A stretch of 64,000 bases of DNA, from the IMG/VR virus record IMGVR_UViG_3300024270_000061; one strand, 5' to 3'. Position numbers and translations under genes: made by a program. The notes under the pieces were generated by a model, which was not told where the DNA came from, did no database searches, and was given only the letters and a program-made list of their open reading frames with translations. Source of the stretch: a virus. Numbering within the stretch: the first letter of the stretch is position 1; each line of letters begins with the position of its first letter. Of the stretch, positions 1-9,344 are shown one piece after another.

Positions 1-520
1 TTGGCTTACCAACAATAGAAGAACGACCGATGATAACAACATGCTCGCCGCTGAGCGAACATTTGCCGTATGCGCTGACAAGAGCATCCTCAATACCACG
101 AGCGGTGCAAGGTACTGGGTAGAAAGGTTCACCAAGCATCAGCCAGCCCTGAGAACTTGCGGTTATGCCGTCCACATCCTTATCAGGATGAATGTATTGA
201 GGACAGTCCTTCAAATGTTCAGGTAGCGGACACTGAACCATTACGGCATGAACAGAGGAATTTGCATTCAAATCGAGAATATGCTTTCTGAGCTCCGCTC
301 TGGAAATCGTAGCCGGAAAATGTTGATGCAGAAATTGTATTCCGCATTGCTCGCACGCCTTTTGCTTATTGCGAATGTAGATATTGCTGGCAGGATCATC
401 ACCTACCTGAATAACGACAATAGTTGGAATACAACCATGAGAACGAAGGACTGAGGCGGTAATGCGTGCTTCCTCTTTGATAGTAGACGCAATTGCCTTG
501 CAGTCAATGATGTTAGCCAT
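1..520 (-). CDS. folD: Bifunctional methylene-THF dehydrogenase/cyclohydrolase FolD, 5' portion only (gene runs off window start)
   Basis: Minus-strand translation from ATG at 520: [63 protein letters not shown]...HPDKDVDGIT...IIGRSSIVGKP matches FolD hallmarks. GGGGGTGAAGTG precedes the ATG, which overlaps the dut stop (TGATG). Confidence 0.8.
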   Translation of the reverse strand, partial: MANIIDCKAIASTIKEEARITASVLRSHGCIPTIVVIQVGDDPASNIYIRNKQKACEQCGIQFLHQHFPATISRAELRKHILDLNANSSVHAVMVQCPLPEHLKDCPQYIHPDKDVDGITASSQGWLMLGEPFYPVPCTARGIEDALVSAYGKCSLSGEHVVIIGRSSIVGKP

Positions 521-948
521 CACTTCACCCCCGTAGAACCAAATCCTCCGCGATCCACATCTTCCATGTGCTCAACGGTTTTGAAGCTAACAGCATCCAT
601 CTTCTTGACAATTCTGAACTGGCAAATGCGGTCGCCTTCCTCAATGACGGTATCGCGCATTGCGAGCGCAGGGAAACGCCAGATGTCATTCTCACCGCAG
701 TAAGAGTTATCGATGACGCCCATGCTGTTGGTCTGGAGAACACCCCACTTCTTGAAAGTAGAACTGCGCGGCACAACATGCGCCTCATAGCCTTCGGGGA
801 GCTTCATGGAGATGCCCAGAGAGATGAGTTTGAAATCTCCCGCCATCATTGAAACAGTTTCCGCAGCGCGAAGGTCAATCCAGTCGCCATTCTCGATGGC
901 AGTTACCTTTTCCAGATTCTTGTTATGATACTTGATTTTGATTGTCAT
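520..948 (-). CDS. dut: dUTPase
   Basis: C-terminal DRGGFGSTG dUTPase motif 5. Start at internal ATG 948 with GGAGG 7 nt upstream; the ORF track extends to 984. Confidence 0.9.
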   Translation of the reverse strand: MTIKIKYHNKNLEKVTAIENGDWIDLRAAETVSMMAGDFKLISLGISMKLPEGYEAHVVPRSSTFKKWGVLQTNSMGVIDNSYCGENDIWRFPALAMRDTVIEEGDRICQFRIVKKMDAVSFKTVEHMEDVDRGGFGSTGVK

Positions 949-1217
949 GAATGAGCCTCCAGTTTGATACACATATTCTCCCACTTCTTATAAGCATCGA
1001 GGTACACTTCATTCTTATCGCCGTTGAAAGTGATCTCGTAATACATACCGTCAGCAATTCTGGTGCTGAGAAGCGCCTTATTGTTTTGCAGAGTCTTGCA
1101 AGACCAGACGATAAAAATATCGCTGACAGTGATTCTGGGATCAGTGGCATCCCTGTGTGTGTTATAATAATCCTCTACCAGCCGAAAGCAGAGGTCATGA
1201 AAATCCTTACTGCCCAT
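945..1217 (-). CDS. hypothetical protein (about 90 aa)
   Basis: ORF 945..1295 with an AAGGAGG-preceded internal ATG at 1217. ATGA overlap with dut. Confidence 0.4.
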   Translation of the reverse strand: MGSKDFHDLCFRLVEDYYNTHRDATDPRITVSDIFIVWSCKTLQNNKALLSTRIADGMYYEITFNGDKNEVYLDAYKKWENMCIKLEAHS

Positions 1218-1230
1218 TGATGGTTCCTCC

Positions 1231-1863
1231 TTAAGATTCACTGTGACGAGAAATCCATGAAGACGTATGAGGATTCCATACAGCAGTGTCCCCATACGGG
1301 TATTCTCGTCTCAATTCATAGGTGTGCTGAGGTTCAGCCTTTTGCTTTTCCTCAAAAATGATAAGAGCCCTTTCTTCATTGGAAAAGGCTGCTTCAAAAC
1401 CGCGATGCTTGCTTCTAATAACAAACTGAGGTTTGTTCATTGCCGTTAGTTCTGAGCGAAGTCCCATCAGAATGACACCGAGATGGTTTTCTCCCTTCTT
1501 CTTTCGCGTATCAACGCCCCAATATGTATCACCCCATGTATTGCCTTCGATCAATTCTGCGTCGCCGGTAGCAACAAGTTTCTTGGCCAGGTGTACATTC
1601 TGGACAAATTTTGCCCGGACAATTTCCTCCATGATTCTGAGCTTGACTTGTTCCCAGTCAGGGCGGAGTTTAACAAGCTGACCATGATGCTTTGCCTCTG
1701 AGGCAGAATGTTCTTGGAAAGACAGCGCTTCCTCTGCAGAAAGACATTTCATAGCCTGATATGCCGCCTCAGAGTTTTTGAATGTCATTCCATTGTAGTA
1801 AACTTTGCAGTCATAGAAGTTGCTGAGGAATCCATATTCCCCGCGAAAACTATCGATAGTCAT
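1231..1863 (-). CDS. NADAR domain protein (YbiA-like)
   Basis: GEYGFLSNFY...FKNSEAAYQAMK...GNTWGDTYWG motifs are typical of NADAR/DUF1768. GGAGG-preceded ATG at 1863. Confidence 0.75.
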   Translation of the reverse strand: MTIDSFRGEYGFLSNFYDCKVYYNGMTFKNSEAAYQAMKCLSAEEALSFQEHSASEAKHHGQLVKLRPDWEQVKLRIMEEIVRAKFVQNVHLAKKLVATGDAELIEGNTWGDTYWGVDTRKKKGENHLGVILMGLRSELTAMNKPQFVIRSKHRGFEAAFSNEERALIIFEEKQKAEPQHTYELRREYPYGDTAVWNPHTSSWISRHSES

Positions 1864-2050
1864 TCTGACGCCTCCAAGTTGAGTTTTTTGCTTTTGTAAA
1901 CATGGTGGTTGGTGCATGATAAAGCCTGTCGTCATCAGTCCTTATCATCGTCTGCTGGGCACATGCAGTAGGATAATACTGTTTTACCACTACGCCTTTT
2001 ACCCCAGTAGTGCAAACTACTCTATCTCCGATATGAATATCCATTAACAT
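1850..2050 (-). CDS. hypothetical small protein (66 aa)
   Basis: ATG-start ORF in a minus-strand operon; no recognisable domain. Confidence 0.35.
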   Translation of the reverse strand: MLMDIHIGDRVVCTTGVKGVVVKQYYPTACAQQTMIRTDDDRLYHAPTTMFTKAKNSTWRRQNDYR

Positions 2051-2059
2051 GCACCTCGG

Positions 2060-2200
2060 TTAAATATCCCATGGGTCACAGTTGTCACAATCTGGATCGG
2101 CATTATTATACCGGCAAAGAGTACAGCAAAACCTTGCCTCCCATCCATCACAACGATCCCTATCGCAACAGGAATCACAAGGGTAATCGTCATCGAACAT
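2060..2200 (-). CDS. small Cys/Asp-rich peptide (46 aa), absent from the ORF track
   Basis: Manual translation: MFDDDYPCDSCCDRDRCDGWEARFCCTLCRYNNADPDCDNCDPWDI. GGAGG 9 nt upstream of the ATG. Confidence 0.45.
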   Translation of the reverse strand: MFDDDYPCDSCCDRDRCDGWEARFCCTLCRYNNADPDCDNCDPWDI

Positions 2201-2215
2201 AATATTGCCTCCGCA

Positions 2216-2758
2216 TCATAGCCTTGTCCATCGATATATTCTCACAATCGGAGAATCCTGGAGATTAACGCAAAGCAGGACATCTCCTCTTGAGTGCATT
2301 GTGCCATGAAGCCCAATGAGAGAATCTCCGAAATCAATACAATCAACAATTTCTACGAGTTCAAGAATTGTGCGGCTGTCATACTCTGAAGAAATGTATG
2401 CCCAGTCTCCTAATGCAACCGAACCCCAATCAACTTCGGTATTTGCAACAATCCTGCCGCCATTGAATAATCCATAGAAACAACAGGCATTTCCATCGTG
2501 GAAGCGCCAAAGCTCTGTTTCGATGCCGGAATTGGGAATAGATAATGTTCCATAATAGATTGCATCTTCGCTCATCGGAGCCATGCTCATAATCACGTCG
2601 TTATCGCTGCTGCCATTTGTCATTGCAACGGCACCAAGCACTAAAAGAATAGCAACAACGGCAACAACGATGCCTTCGATTATGATTCTTCTACTGCTGA
2701 TAACATGCTCTTCCATTGGTATCATACTGCCTCCTTGTATGTATTTAGCATACTCCAC
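2216..2758 (-). CDS. membrane-anchored hypothetical protein
   Basis: N-terminal hydrophobic helix IIIEGIVVAVVAILLVLGAVAM; no domain recognised. Confidence 0.5.
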   Translation of the reverse strand: MEYAKYIQGGSMIPMEEHVISSRRIIIEGIVVAVVAILLVLGAVAMTNGSSDNDVIMSMAPMSEDAIYYGTLSIPNSGIETELWRFHDGNACCFYGLFNGGRIVANTEVDWGSVALGDWAYISSEYDSRTILELVEIVDCIDFGDSLIGLHGTMHSRGDVLLCVNLQDSPIVRIYRWTRL

Positions 2759-3662
2759 CTAAACCTTCGGTCGCACGGAACTAACCCTTGTTCTTCAAGG
2801 ACAAATCGCAGATCGTAATCATGCACCGTATAGCCGCGAGGGTTAAATGATACAGGAGAATCTGAATCCCATTTCAGCAAAATTCCCCAAAGATCAGGAT
2901 AATTTCTGCGAAGCAGTCTCAGTTGCTCTATGCTCTGATTATGACAAAACCAGCAGCCTCCGCGTGTAGCAGTCGTATAGATAGGCGAAAGCAAATCATT
3001 GTCTTCGCACCACTTACGGCAATCTGCTTCAGTCCAGCCAAGGGCGGCCAGAGGAGAAACTTTTGTCTTGCCGTCCAGCCGAGCCAACCTCTCAGGTTCA
3101 TCGGCGGCTATGCCTAAATAGCTTACGACAATATTTTTATCCGCCCCTTGCCGCTTGGGGCTATTCAAAAAGTCGATAGTGCCGCCATTTTCAGTCGGTC
3201 GTTGCACCAAGCACCCCGTATCATCGGGAACCCGTATATTTGATCCTTGCGAGTTCCCGATGTGCGAGCTTTGTAGAACACGCTCTCGTAAGTTAATCTT
3301 GCTTCCGTATTTGAGCTTCTTGCACCATGCTCCTCGCACCATAGGGAAGCCTCGGATTGAGCCGATGAACTTACCTGATGTGAGCGTTTGATAGAACATG
3401 GACTCGTAGCTCTCTCTCTCTCTCTCTCTCTGCCTTCGGCAGCATAGTGTTCAACCTCAATGCCCCAACGTCTTTTGATGATTTCGTCGGCTTTTGCCTT
3501 GAATTCGACCATCGGAGGTAAATCAGCCGGAATGGTGTCGGTTGCCCATACTTCTGCATGGATAATCCGATCCAGCGGCCAACCAAGTTGTTCTATTGCA
3601 CCGAGACAGGCAAGGCTGTCCTTGCCGTATGAGAGAGACAGGATATGCTCCGTCCTATCCAT
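2722..3662 (-). pseudogene. PAPS reductase-family PP-loop ATPase gene split into two frames at a (CT)11 tract
   Basis: ORF 3165..3662 carries the PP-loop SYGKDS and a DT..P...EF segment. ORF 2722..3399 carries GFPMVRGAW (cf. CysH KVEPMNRAL), GIAADEPER and the RGGCWFC cysteine pair. The two frames meet at the dinucleotide repeat; losing one CT unit would fuse them into a protein of about 300 aa. Confidence 0.65.
3410..3431. repeat. (CT)11 dinucleotide microsatellite inside the PAPS-reductase-like gene
   Basis: Read directly: c tctctctctc tctctctctc t. It is translated as (RE)n in both frames. Confidence 0.95.
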
Positions 3663-3665
3663 ATC

Positions 3666-4085
3666 TCAGATTTCCTTTATTTCAATCAGATCGCTGAATC
3701 GTTCTTTGATTGCTTCATTGAATTGTACTATGACGTTTTGCTCAACCCATTCGTAGACATACTGGTACGCCAAAGCCTTTCTGCGATGATTCTTATATTC
3801 ACGCGAACGCAATCCACGCTTTGCTACTCTGGTCATTGGGAATCCCAATCTGCGCTTGACATTGTTAGGCATCAGAAAAAGAAGCTCCTGCTCGGAGCAT
3901 TTCCTTAATAAAGAGATTCCGAATGGATACTTGAGGAAAAATTTGCAAATCTTTGCTTTGTGCCCATAAGCAAGTTGATATAACAGGTCTGGATGAATAA
4001 TTGTATTATTGCAAGAGAAGGTAGCTGTACTGCACAACTTTATGCTTTTCATCGCAAGATCCACTCCTGCTTGCTGGTATCCCAT
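3666..4085 (-). CDS. hypothetical protein (139 aa) carrying a third copy of the GFPM-R motif
   Basis: Contains NVKRRLGFPMTRVAKRG, resembling the RGFPMVRGAW segment of the neighbouring gene. Confidence 0.4.
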   Translation of the reverse strand: MGYQQAGVDLAMKSIKLCSTATFSCNNTIIHPDLLYQLAYGHKAKICKFFLKYPFGISLLRKCSEQELLFLMPNNVKRRLGFPMTRVAKRGLRSREYKNHRRKALAYQYVYEWVEQNVIVQFNEAIKERFSDLIEIKEI

Positions 4086-4315
4086 TCGTAGGTCAATCCA
4101 TCATAGCTGCGGCATTCGAGGAACAGCTCGCCATACATGCGAAGGTTCTTTGGATCGGAAATAAAGGCCAACGCCTCTGCTTCGTTTCGGAAGGTTTTCA
4201 CCTTGCTGTACGAAGAATGACCGTTAGTGACATCGTAGCTATCCTCACGGAGCACTACATACTTCGATTTCATGGTATCTCTCCTATAAAATGTTCGTTT
4301 TATGAAAGGTATCAA
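4049..4315 (-). CDS. hypothetical protein (88 aa)
   Basis: ORF in the operon; no domain recognised. Confidence 0.4.
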   Translation of the reverse strand: MIPFIKRTFYRRDTMKSKYVVLREDSYDVTNGHSSYSKVKTFRNEAEALAFISDPKNLRMYGELFLECRSYDGLTYEWDTSKQEWILR

Positions 4316-4815
4316 GGTTGATAAAGCACGATTTTTCCAGCTTTTTGACTTTCTTGAATATCGATGATCCGCTGATTGCGGCTTCCGCGATAACTCAGCG
4401 TAATATCTCTCTGATCTAAGATAAACGGCCCGTCAACGAGCACATCACACATGACCAGAAGCTCGCGCATCGAAGGATCTGCGATGATTTCTTCGTAAGT
4501 AAAGCCGCTATATACCCACACCGTAGATGCAGGCGACAGCTCTTTCAGTTCTTTGATGAACGGGATGATAGAATCTGCTGAATACATCGGATCTCCTCCG
4601 CTTAATGTGACGCCCGAAACAAAAGGCGTCTCTCTGACGTATTCTGCAATCTGTTCCTGAATCTCAGAACCAAATGATTTGCCGGTTTTGAAATCGTGAG
4701 ACTCCGGGTTGTGACATCCTTTGCAATGATGATTACATCCGCTGAAGAAAATCACAACCCGAACGCCATCGCCATCAACGATGGATTCAAAGTTGATGCC
4801 GACGATATTTGCCAT
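4312..4815 (-). CDS. nrdG: anaerobic ribonucleotide reductase activating protein (radical SAM)
   Basis: CNHHCKGCHN radical-SAM cluster motif; about 167 aa; TAATG overlap with nrdD. Confidence 0.9.
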   Translation of the reverse strand: MANIVGINFESIVDGDGVRVVIFFSGCNHHCKGCHNPESHDFKTGKSFGSEIQEQIAEYVRETPFVSGVTLSGGDPMYSADSIIPFIKELKELSPASTVWVYSGFTYEEIIADPSMRELLVMCDVLVDGPFILDQRDITLSYRGSRNQRIIDIQESQKAGKIVLYQP

Positions 4816-7061
4816 TAGGCACCGCCTTGCGCGAAGGAGGAATAGTTGCTGTGCTTGACTCTATCCAAGCATTCTGCAATCTTGCCCTGATTGAATCTCC
4901 TGAAATCGCTGGTCAGATAGCCGGTAACACGGCGCAGACGCTGGATTTCGGTGTTGCCACAACGCGGACAGTTATATTCGATTTCTCCTTGATAGCCACA
5001 TTTCAGGCAGGTATCAATCGGGAAATTGAAGGCAAGGTATGGAATATCCAGAGACATTGCGTAATCAACGATGCTTGCAATTGCCTTCTGGTTCTGCATA
5101 ACAGCAGATTCCAATTCGATATATGTAATACAGCCAGCAGTAGCGTACTTGCAGAAGGGCGCTTCAGTTTCCAGTTTCTTATTGATAGAAACCTTCTGCC
5201 ATACAGGCACATGATGGCTGTTGGTGATATACTCCCTGTCAGTGATATGCGGAAGCACACCAAATTCATCTCTGAGAGCTTTCGCATAGGTACGGCACAA
5301 GGATTCTGCCGGGGTTGCATAGCAACCGAAGTTCAGATTGTGGCGCTCAGAAGCATCCTTTGCCCACTGATAAATGTGCGCAACGACAGACAGAGCAAAA
5401 TCGTGAACCTTCGGATCTTCAGAGTGATCTTTTCCGAACAGAGCCTGACACATTTCAGCAATGCCGATATAGCCCATTGCGAGCGTTCCGTGCTTCATAG
5501 ATTCATAGACGCCCTTGAAATTGGCTTCCTTGTAATCCGCAACCGTACCATTCTGATACATGAATGGAGCGCACTGAACGGGCTGGGCGCAGATATGATA
5601 GAAGCGGTCAACCAGAGAGGTTTCGGTTAACGCGAGTACCTCATCCAGCTCCTGCCAGAATCCTGCAATATCCGCAACTTTACGTTCGCCCAAGCAGATG
5701 CCATGACGAATACCGATCTTGGGAAGATTCATGGTAGTCGGGCAAACATTGCCGCGACCGATCTTGGAATATCCAAGGCCGTGACGATCTCTGCCCATCA
5801 TGGTGCGGCATCCCATCGTTGCGCATTCCGTGTCAGGATCACCGGGAGTTTCTTCATTCTGTGAGAAATCGCAGTTGACGATATTAGGGTAGATACGATG
5901 AGACAAAGACTTCTCAGCAAGCTGACGCAGATCATAGTTCGGCGTACCAGGCTTATCGTTAACGCCTTTCTTGTACTTGAAGATAGAGATCGGGAAAATT
6001 GAGGTCAGATTATACTTGCCGATACCTGCGAGGCTTGCCTCCAGCATCCAGCGCGTAACGAGTCTGCCTTCAGGAGAAGTGTCAGTGCCAAAGTTGATAG
6101 AAGAAAAAGGAACCTGACTGCCGGCGCGTGATTCAAGGGTGTTCAGATTATGATACAGTCCCTGAGCGGCCTGCCGTCCTTCCTTCTCCAGCATATCCAT
6201 TGCATACTGCTTTGCCTTGGGGAAAGCGTTGAAGTTCGGATGTTCGATGCTTGCCATCGTCTTAATACAGGTATCGTACCAATCATCGGGGAGACGAATT
6301 GCCTGCTTCTCTTCCTCAGTGACCAGATACTTGACGCCTTCCCTAAAGTGCTTGTAGAAACTCTTCTTCACATAGGGCGCAAGATCATAATCGATATGGG
6401 CGGAAGCAACACCTCCGAACTGAACCTGTGACTGACACTGGAAAATAACAGCGACAAGCTGACAGGCAGTAGAGAAACTATTCGCCGCACGGACATCACC
6501 GTTTCGGGTGCTGAACCCCTGACCCAGTAGTAGCTTCAGATCAGCAAACAGGCAGTTGTGGCTGCCGATGTCGTATTCAGAAAGGTCATGAATGTAGATT
6601 CTTGATTCACGGTGCGCCCGAGAGGTTTCAGGTCGCATAAAGGCATTCAGAGAAATGTTCTTGTGCAGGATATTTGCGCTTTCAAACTTCTTGCCGCTGA
6701 AACTGATTTCATCAATGTTGGCATTGGAGTTCTGGACATTGGTTCCGCAGATTACATTCTCAATCTGCCGATTGATCTTGCTATTGCGTTCTCGATCCTG
6801 ACTGCGCTTTTCACGGTATGTAATGTATTCCTTGGCCGTCTGCTTGAGCGAAGATTTCATCAACTTCATCTCAACCATATCCTGTATCTGCTCAACTTCC
6901 AGAATATCTGCGGGGAAATTTGCAATCTCATCTGCAATTTTCTCAACAATTTCTGGGCTGTTTTGACCAGCACGCTTCATAGCATGACCAATTGCTTCGA
7001 TGATTTTGTGCTTGTTGAATGGCTCAACCCTGCCATCCCTTTTCTTGATTTCAGTTACCAC
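4815..7061 (-). CDS. nrdD: anaerobic ribonucleoside-triphosphate reductase
   Basis: C-terminal glycyl-radical motif RRVTGYLTS; Zn ribbon CLKCGYQGEIEYNCPRCGN; 748 aa. GTG start with AGGAGG 6 nt upstream. Confidence 0.95.
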   Translation of the reverse strand: MVTEIKKRDGRVEPFNKHKIIEAIGHAMKRAGQNSPEIVEKIADEIANFPADILEVEQIQDMVEMKLMKSSLKQTAKEYITYREKRSQDRERNSKINRQIENVICGTNVQNSNANIDEISFSGKKFESANILHKNISLNAFMRPETSRAHRESRIYIHDLSEYDIGSHNCLFADLKLLLGQGFSTRNGDVRAANSFSTACQLVAVIFQCQSQVQFGGVASAHIDYDLAPYVKKSFYKHFREGVKYLVTEEEKQAIRLPDDWYDTCIKTMASIEHPNFNAFPKAKQYAMDMLEKEGRQAAQGLYHNLNTLESRAGSQVPFSSINFGTDTSPEGRLVTRWMLEASLAGIGKYNLTSIFPISIFKYKKGVNDKPGTPNYDLRQLAEKSLSHRIYPNIVNCDFSQNEETPGDPDTECATMGCRTMMGRDRHGLGYSKIGRGNVCPTTMNLPKIGIRHGICLGERKVADIAGFWQELDEVLALTETSLVDRFYHICAQPVQCAPFMYQNGTVADYKEANFKGVYESMKHGTLAMGYIGIAEMCQALFGKDHSEDPKVHDFALSVVAHIYQWAKDASERHNLNFGCYATPAESLCRTYAKALRDEFGVLPHITDREYITNSHHVPVWQKVSINKKLETEAPFCKYATAGCITYIELESAVMQNQKAIASIVDYAMSLDIPYLAFNFPIDTCLKCGYQGEIEYNCPRCGNTEIQRLRRVTGYLTSDFRRFNQGKIAECLDRVKHSNYSSFAQGGA

Positions 7062-7074
7062 TTTGAGCCTCCTG

Positions 7075-7368
7075 TTATGTATTGATATAAGCGCCTTGCC
7101 CCGACAAGAATAGATTTAATCCGCCGATGGCATTCTGCATAGCGCTGATACGATTTTCCATAGAGGCAATTTGTGTTTTCACATGTTCCTCATTACTGGA
7201 AATATAATATCCCTTTTGATCCGAACAGACGGGAATACCAGAGCTTCGCATCTGGTTGATATACCGTCTGACCTCAGCGCCTTTGATTCCAAGTCGCTGA
7301 GAAATTCCTGAAGCCGTGATTCTTTGGTGAATGTCACGCGGAATCAAATTAAGAACCATGTCATACAT
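7075..7368 (-). CDS. putative HTH DNA-binding regulator (97 aa)
   Basis: ASGISQRLGIKGAEVRRYINQM resembles a winged-helix recognition helix. Confidence 0.4.
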   Translation of the reverse strand: MYDMVLNLIPRDIHQRITASGISQRLGIKGAEVRRYINQMRSSGIPVCSDQKGYYISSNEEHVKTQIASMENRISAMQNAIGGLNLFLSGQGAYINT

Positions 7369-7984
7369 GAGCTACTTCCTCCCTGTGTATTGGGGCACTT
7401 GCAAGTTGCTCATAGGCTTCATCGTAATGCTGCGTGATTTTTGAGATTCGTTCATAGACTTCTTTCCATGTATGCACGCGAATCCATTTACTCTCATGAT
7501 TGGCTCGATTATGTGGAGCATCCATCAGGAACGGCTGAGAAATATCGCTATTCCAATTCATGAGGTTATGCGGCGCATCATCGATGATGAAATCACCACG
7601 CACCATGCTCTTGTTATGAGCAACGATTACATCCGTCCATTTGAGAAATGGGAAATGCCGAAATAACGCAAGCTCCATCTTGTCCTGTAAGCCTTTGTAG
7701 TGCGACGCAGTGCAAATGTAAACATGATGCCCATCGTCAATAAGTCTTTTTACATATTCAACCGCGCCTGGCTTTGGCATTACTGTTTTCCAGAATTCTC
7801 TCAAAGACAAAGGAGCAAAAATTTCTTCTTTTGCAAGAGTTGGAAAAGCAATGCTCATATCCCATTCTGTAACAGATTCAGGATCGACATTAAGTCCATG
7901 AGACGTATTGAGCCACTGTACCCAAGCGGGCACAAGCGACTCAAGCGTATCGTCCATGTCGATCAGAATATCGAAACTCCTCAT
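7361..7984 (-). CDS. 5'(3')-deoxyribonucleotidase, HAD superfamily
   Basis: N-terminal DMDDTL (DxDxT) motif, with DDAP and HVYICTASH features of the NT5C family. Confidence 0.7.
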   Translation of the reverse strand: MRSFDILIDMDDTLESLVPAWVQWLNTSHGLNVDPESVTEWDMSIAFPTLAKEEIFAPLSLREFWKTVMPKPGAVEYVKRLIDDGHHVYICTASHYKGLQDKMELALFRHFPFLKWTDVIVAHNKSMVRGDFIIDDAPHNLMNWNSDISQPFLMDAPHNRANHESKWIRVHTWKEVYERISKITQHYDEAYEQLASAPIHREEVAHV

Positions 7985-9297
7985 GCGGCAGGCTCCTGAT
8001 CCTCATGACTCCAGTTGCTGACCATATTGATGACGCACTGATTCAGATCATCAAGGTTGCCATTGTTTACGATAGTCTCGTCGGGAACCACGTCTTTTAG
8101 AGCTGTCTCAGAAGGATGGTTGCGCTGTTCCTCGGTAAGGTCGTTTTCGACAGGACGAGTGATGTGTATATGCTGGACATCAAATCCAGCCTTCTTCAAT
8201 TCACTGATCTCGTTCGGGAATCTTACATCGGGAATAAGCACATAATCCCATTCATTGGGAAACAGCTTCAAAACTTTAATGATAAAGGCAACCCAGAAGT
8301 CAGGTTCCTGCTTACGAATTACGTCAGTACCAACATATTGCAGAACATGACGACCCTTCTCATCTTTCTGACCATCCCAACCGAAGAGGGACTTACACAT
8401 GAATTTGAGAAGATCAGCATTATGAATCGTGAGAACACGATGGTTCCACTCTTCTTCCAGTTCTCTCTTCATCATGTCAGCCGTTGTATCCTTACCGGCT
8501 CTTGCCTGACCAGAGATGCAAACTACCTTTGCGTGCTGCTTCTGAACAGGCTCCTTGACGAAGATCAATTCGTCTACAAGGGGCAGCGTTTTGACCCATG
8601 CCATGAAATGAACCAAGGTCGGATCATCTTTGCCAGACCATTCATTCTGCTTATGGCCTTTGCGCTGACGAGTCATAGCAAAAATATTCTCGTATGTCAG
8701 CGTAACGGTACGCATCTGAAGCCAGGATTCAGGCAGCCAGCGAATCAGCTCCTTCCAATACTTCTTGGCGAGCTTCTTGTCCGTATCTTTATAACGCAGA
8801 TAGAGCTGACGAAGCTGTTCCAGGTCATCGATAAAGTTATCGACTCTCATGCTGAGACTTGCTTCGTCAATCATATCAAGACCTTTGCAGAAGTCATCCG
8901 TTTCAAAGCAATCAATCGTGATGGGAGTCGTATGAATGGTGTGCATTGTTGAGGTGGAATTGGCAGTAGTGCCAACCTTATATGTATCGAATTCCTTCCA
9001 CCAATAAAGAGGTGCCGTAATATCAACAGACACAAAAATCTGGCGGAGGAACTTACGATGCTCACTGCCCCCCTTAATGAGAGTTTGTGCGAGCTTCAAA
9101 TCCTTGGGGCCGATATATGGAATACAGGGCTTACCAAAGCCGTCGAAATAGCTGCAATGTTCGCAATGCTGATTTGGGTCATCGGAGTGACAATCATCCG
9201 AGAAGTTACTGTCACTGAGATGCCAGCTGTTCTTCGGATTTCTCATACCTCGAAAGGCATGTTCAAAACCCCATACTTGGGTTCTTTCAAACTTCAT
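7981..9297 (-). CDS. fusion of a ThyX-like N-terminal domain (RHR motif absent) and a dNMP kinase
   Basis: C-terminal half has the P-loop VVCISGQARAGKDTTAD typical of T4 gp1-like dNMP kinases. N-terminal half shows ThyX-like blocks (WGFEHAFRGMRNP; IFVSVDITAPLYWW; TVTLTYENIFAMTRQRKGHKQNEW) but no RHR-x7-S. Confidence 0.6.
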   Translation of the reverse strand: MKFERTQVWGFEHAFRGMRNPKNSWHLSDSNFSDDCHSDDPNQHCEHCSYFDGFGKPCIPYIGPKDLKLAQTLIKGGSEHRKFLRQIFVSVDITAPLYWWKEFDTYKVGTTANSTSTMHTIHTTPITIDCFETDDFCKGLDMIDEASLSMRVDNFIDDLEQLRQLYLRYKDTDKKLAKKYWKELIRWLPESWLQMRTVTLTYENIFAMTRQRKGHKQNEWSGKDDPTLVHFMAWVKTLPLVDELIFVKEPVQKQHAKVVCISGQARAGKDTTADMMKRELEEEWNHRVLTIHNADLLKFMCKSLFGWDGQKDEKGRHVLQYVGTDVIRKQEPDFWVAFIIKVLKLFPNEWDYVLIPDVRFPNEISELKKAGFDVQHIHITRPVENDLTEEQRNHPSETALKDVVPDETIVNNGNLDDLNQCVINMVSNWSHEDQEPAA

Positions 9298-9310
9298 AAG
9301 TCACCATCTT

Positions 9311-9344
9311 TCTGAAAAGGGCTTGAAAAAGCAGCGCGATATTT
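9311..9344 (-). terminator. Rho-independent terminator candidate
   Basis: 8-bp stem GCAGCGCG/CGCGCTGC with an 8-nt loop, followed on the minus strand by TTTTTC. Confidence 0.55.

Noticed and set aside
4809-5630. Long plus-strand ORFs (273, 437, 334, 528, 298, 278 aa at 4809-5630, 32119-33432, 54316-55320, 55178-56764, 49686-50582, 8116-8952)
   Set aside because: Each lies antisense inside a minus-strand gene with strong homology (nrdD, pnkp, the JAB gene, the 487-aa gene, the 219-aa gene, the ThyX-like/kinase gene). They have low-complexity translations and no RBS, so they are antisense artefacts.
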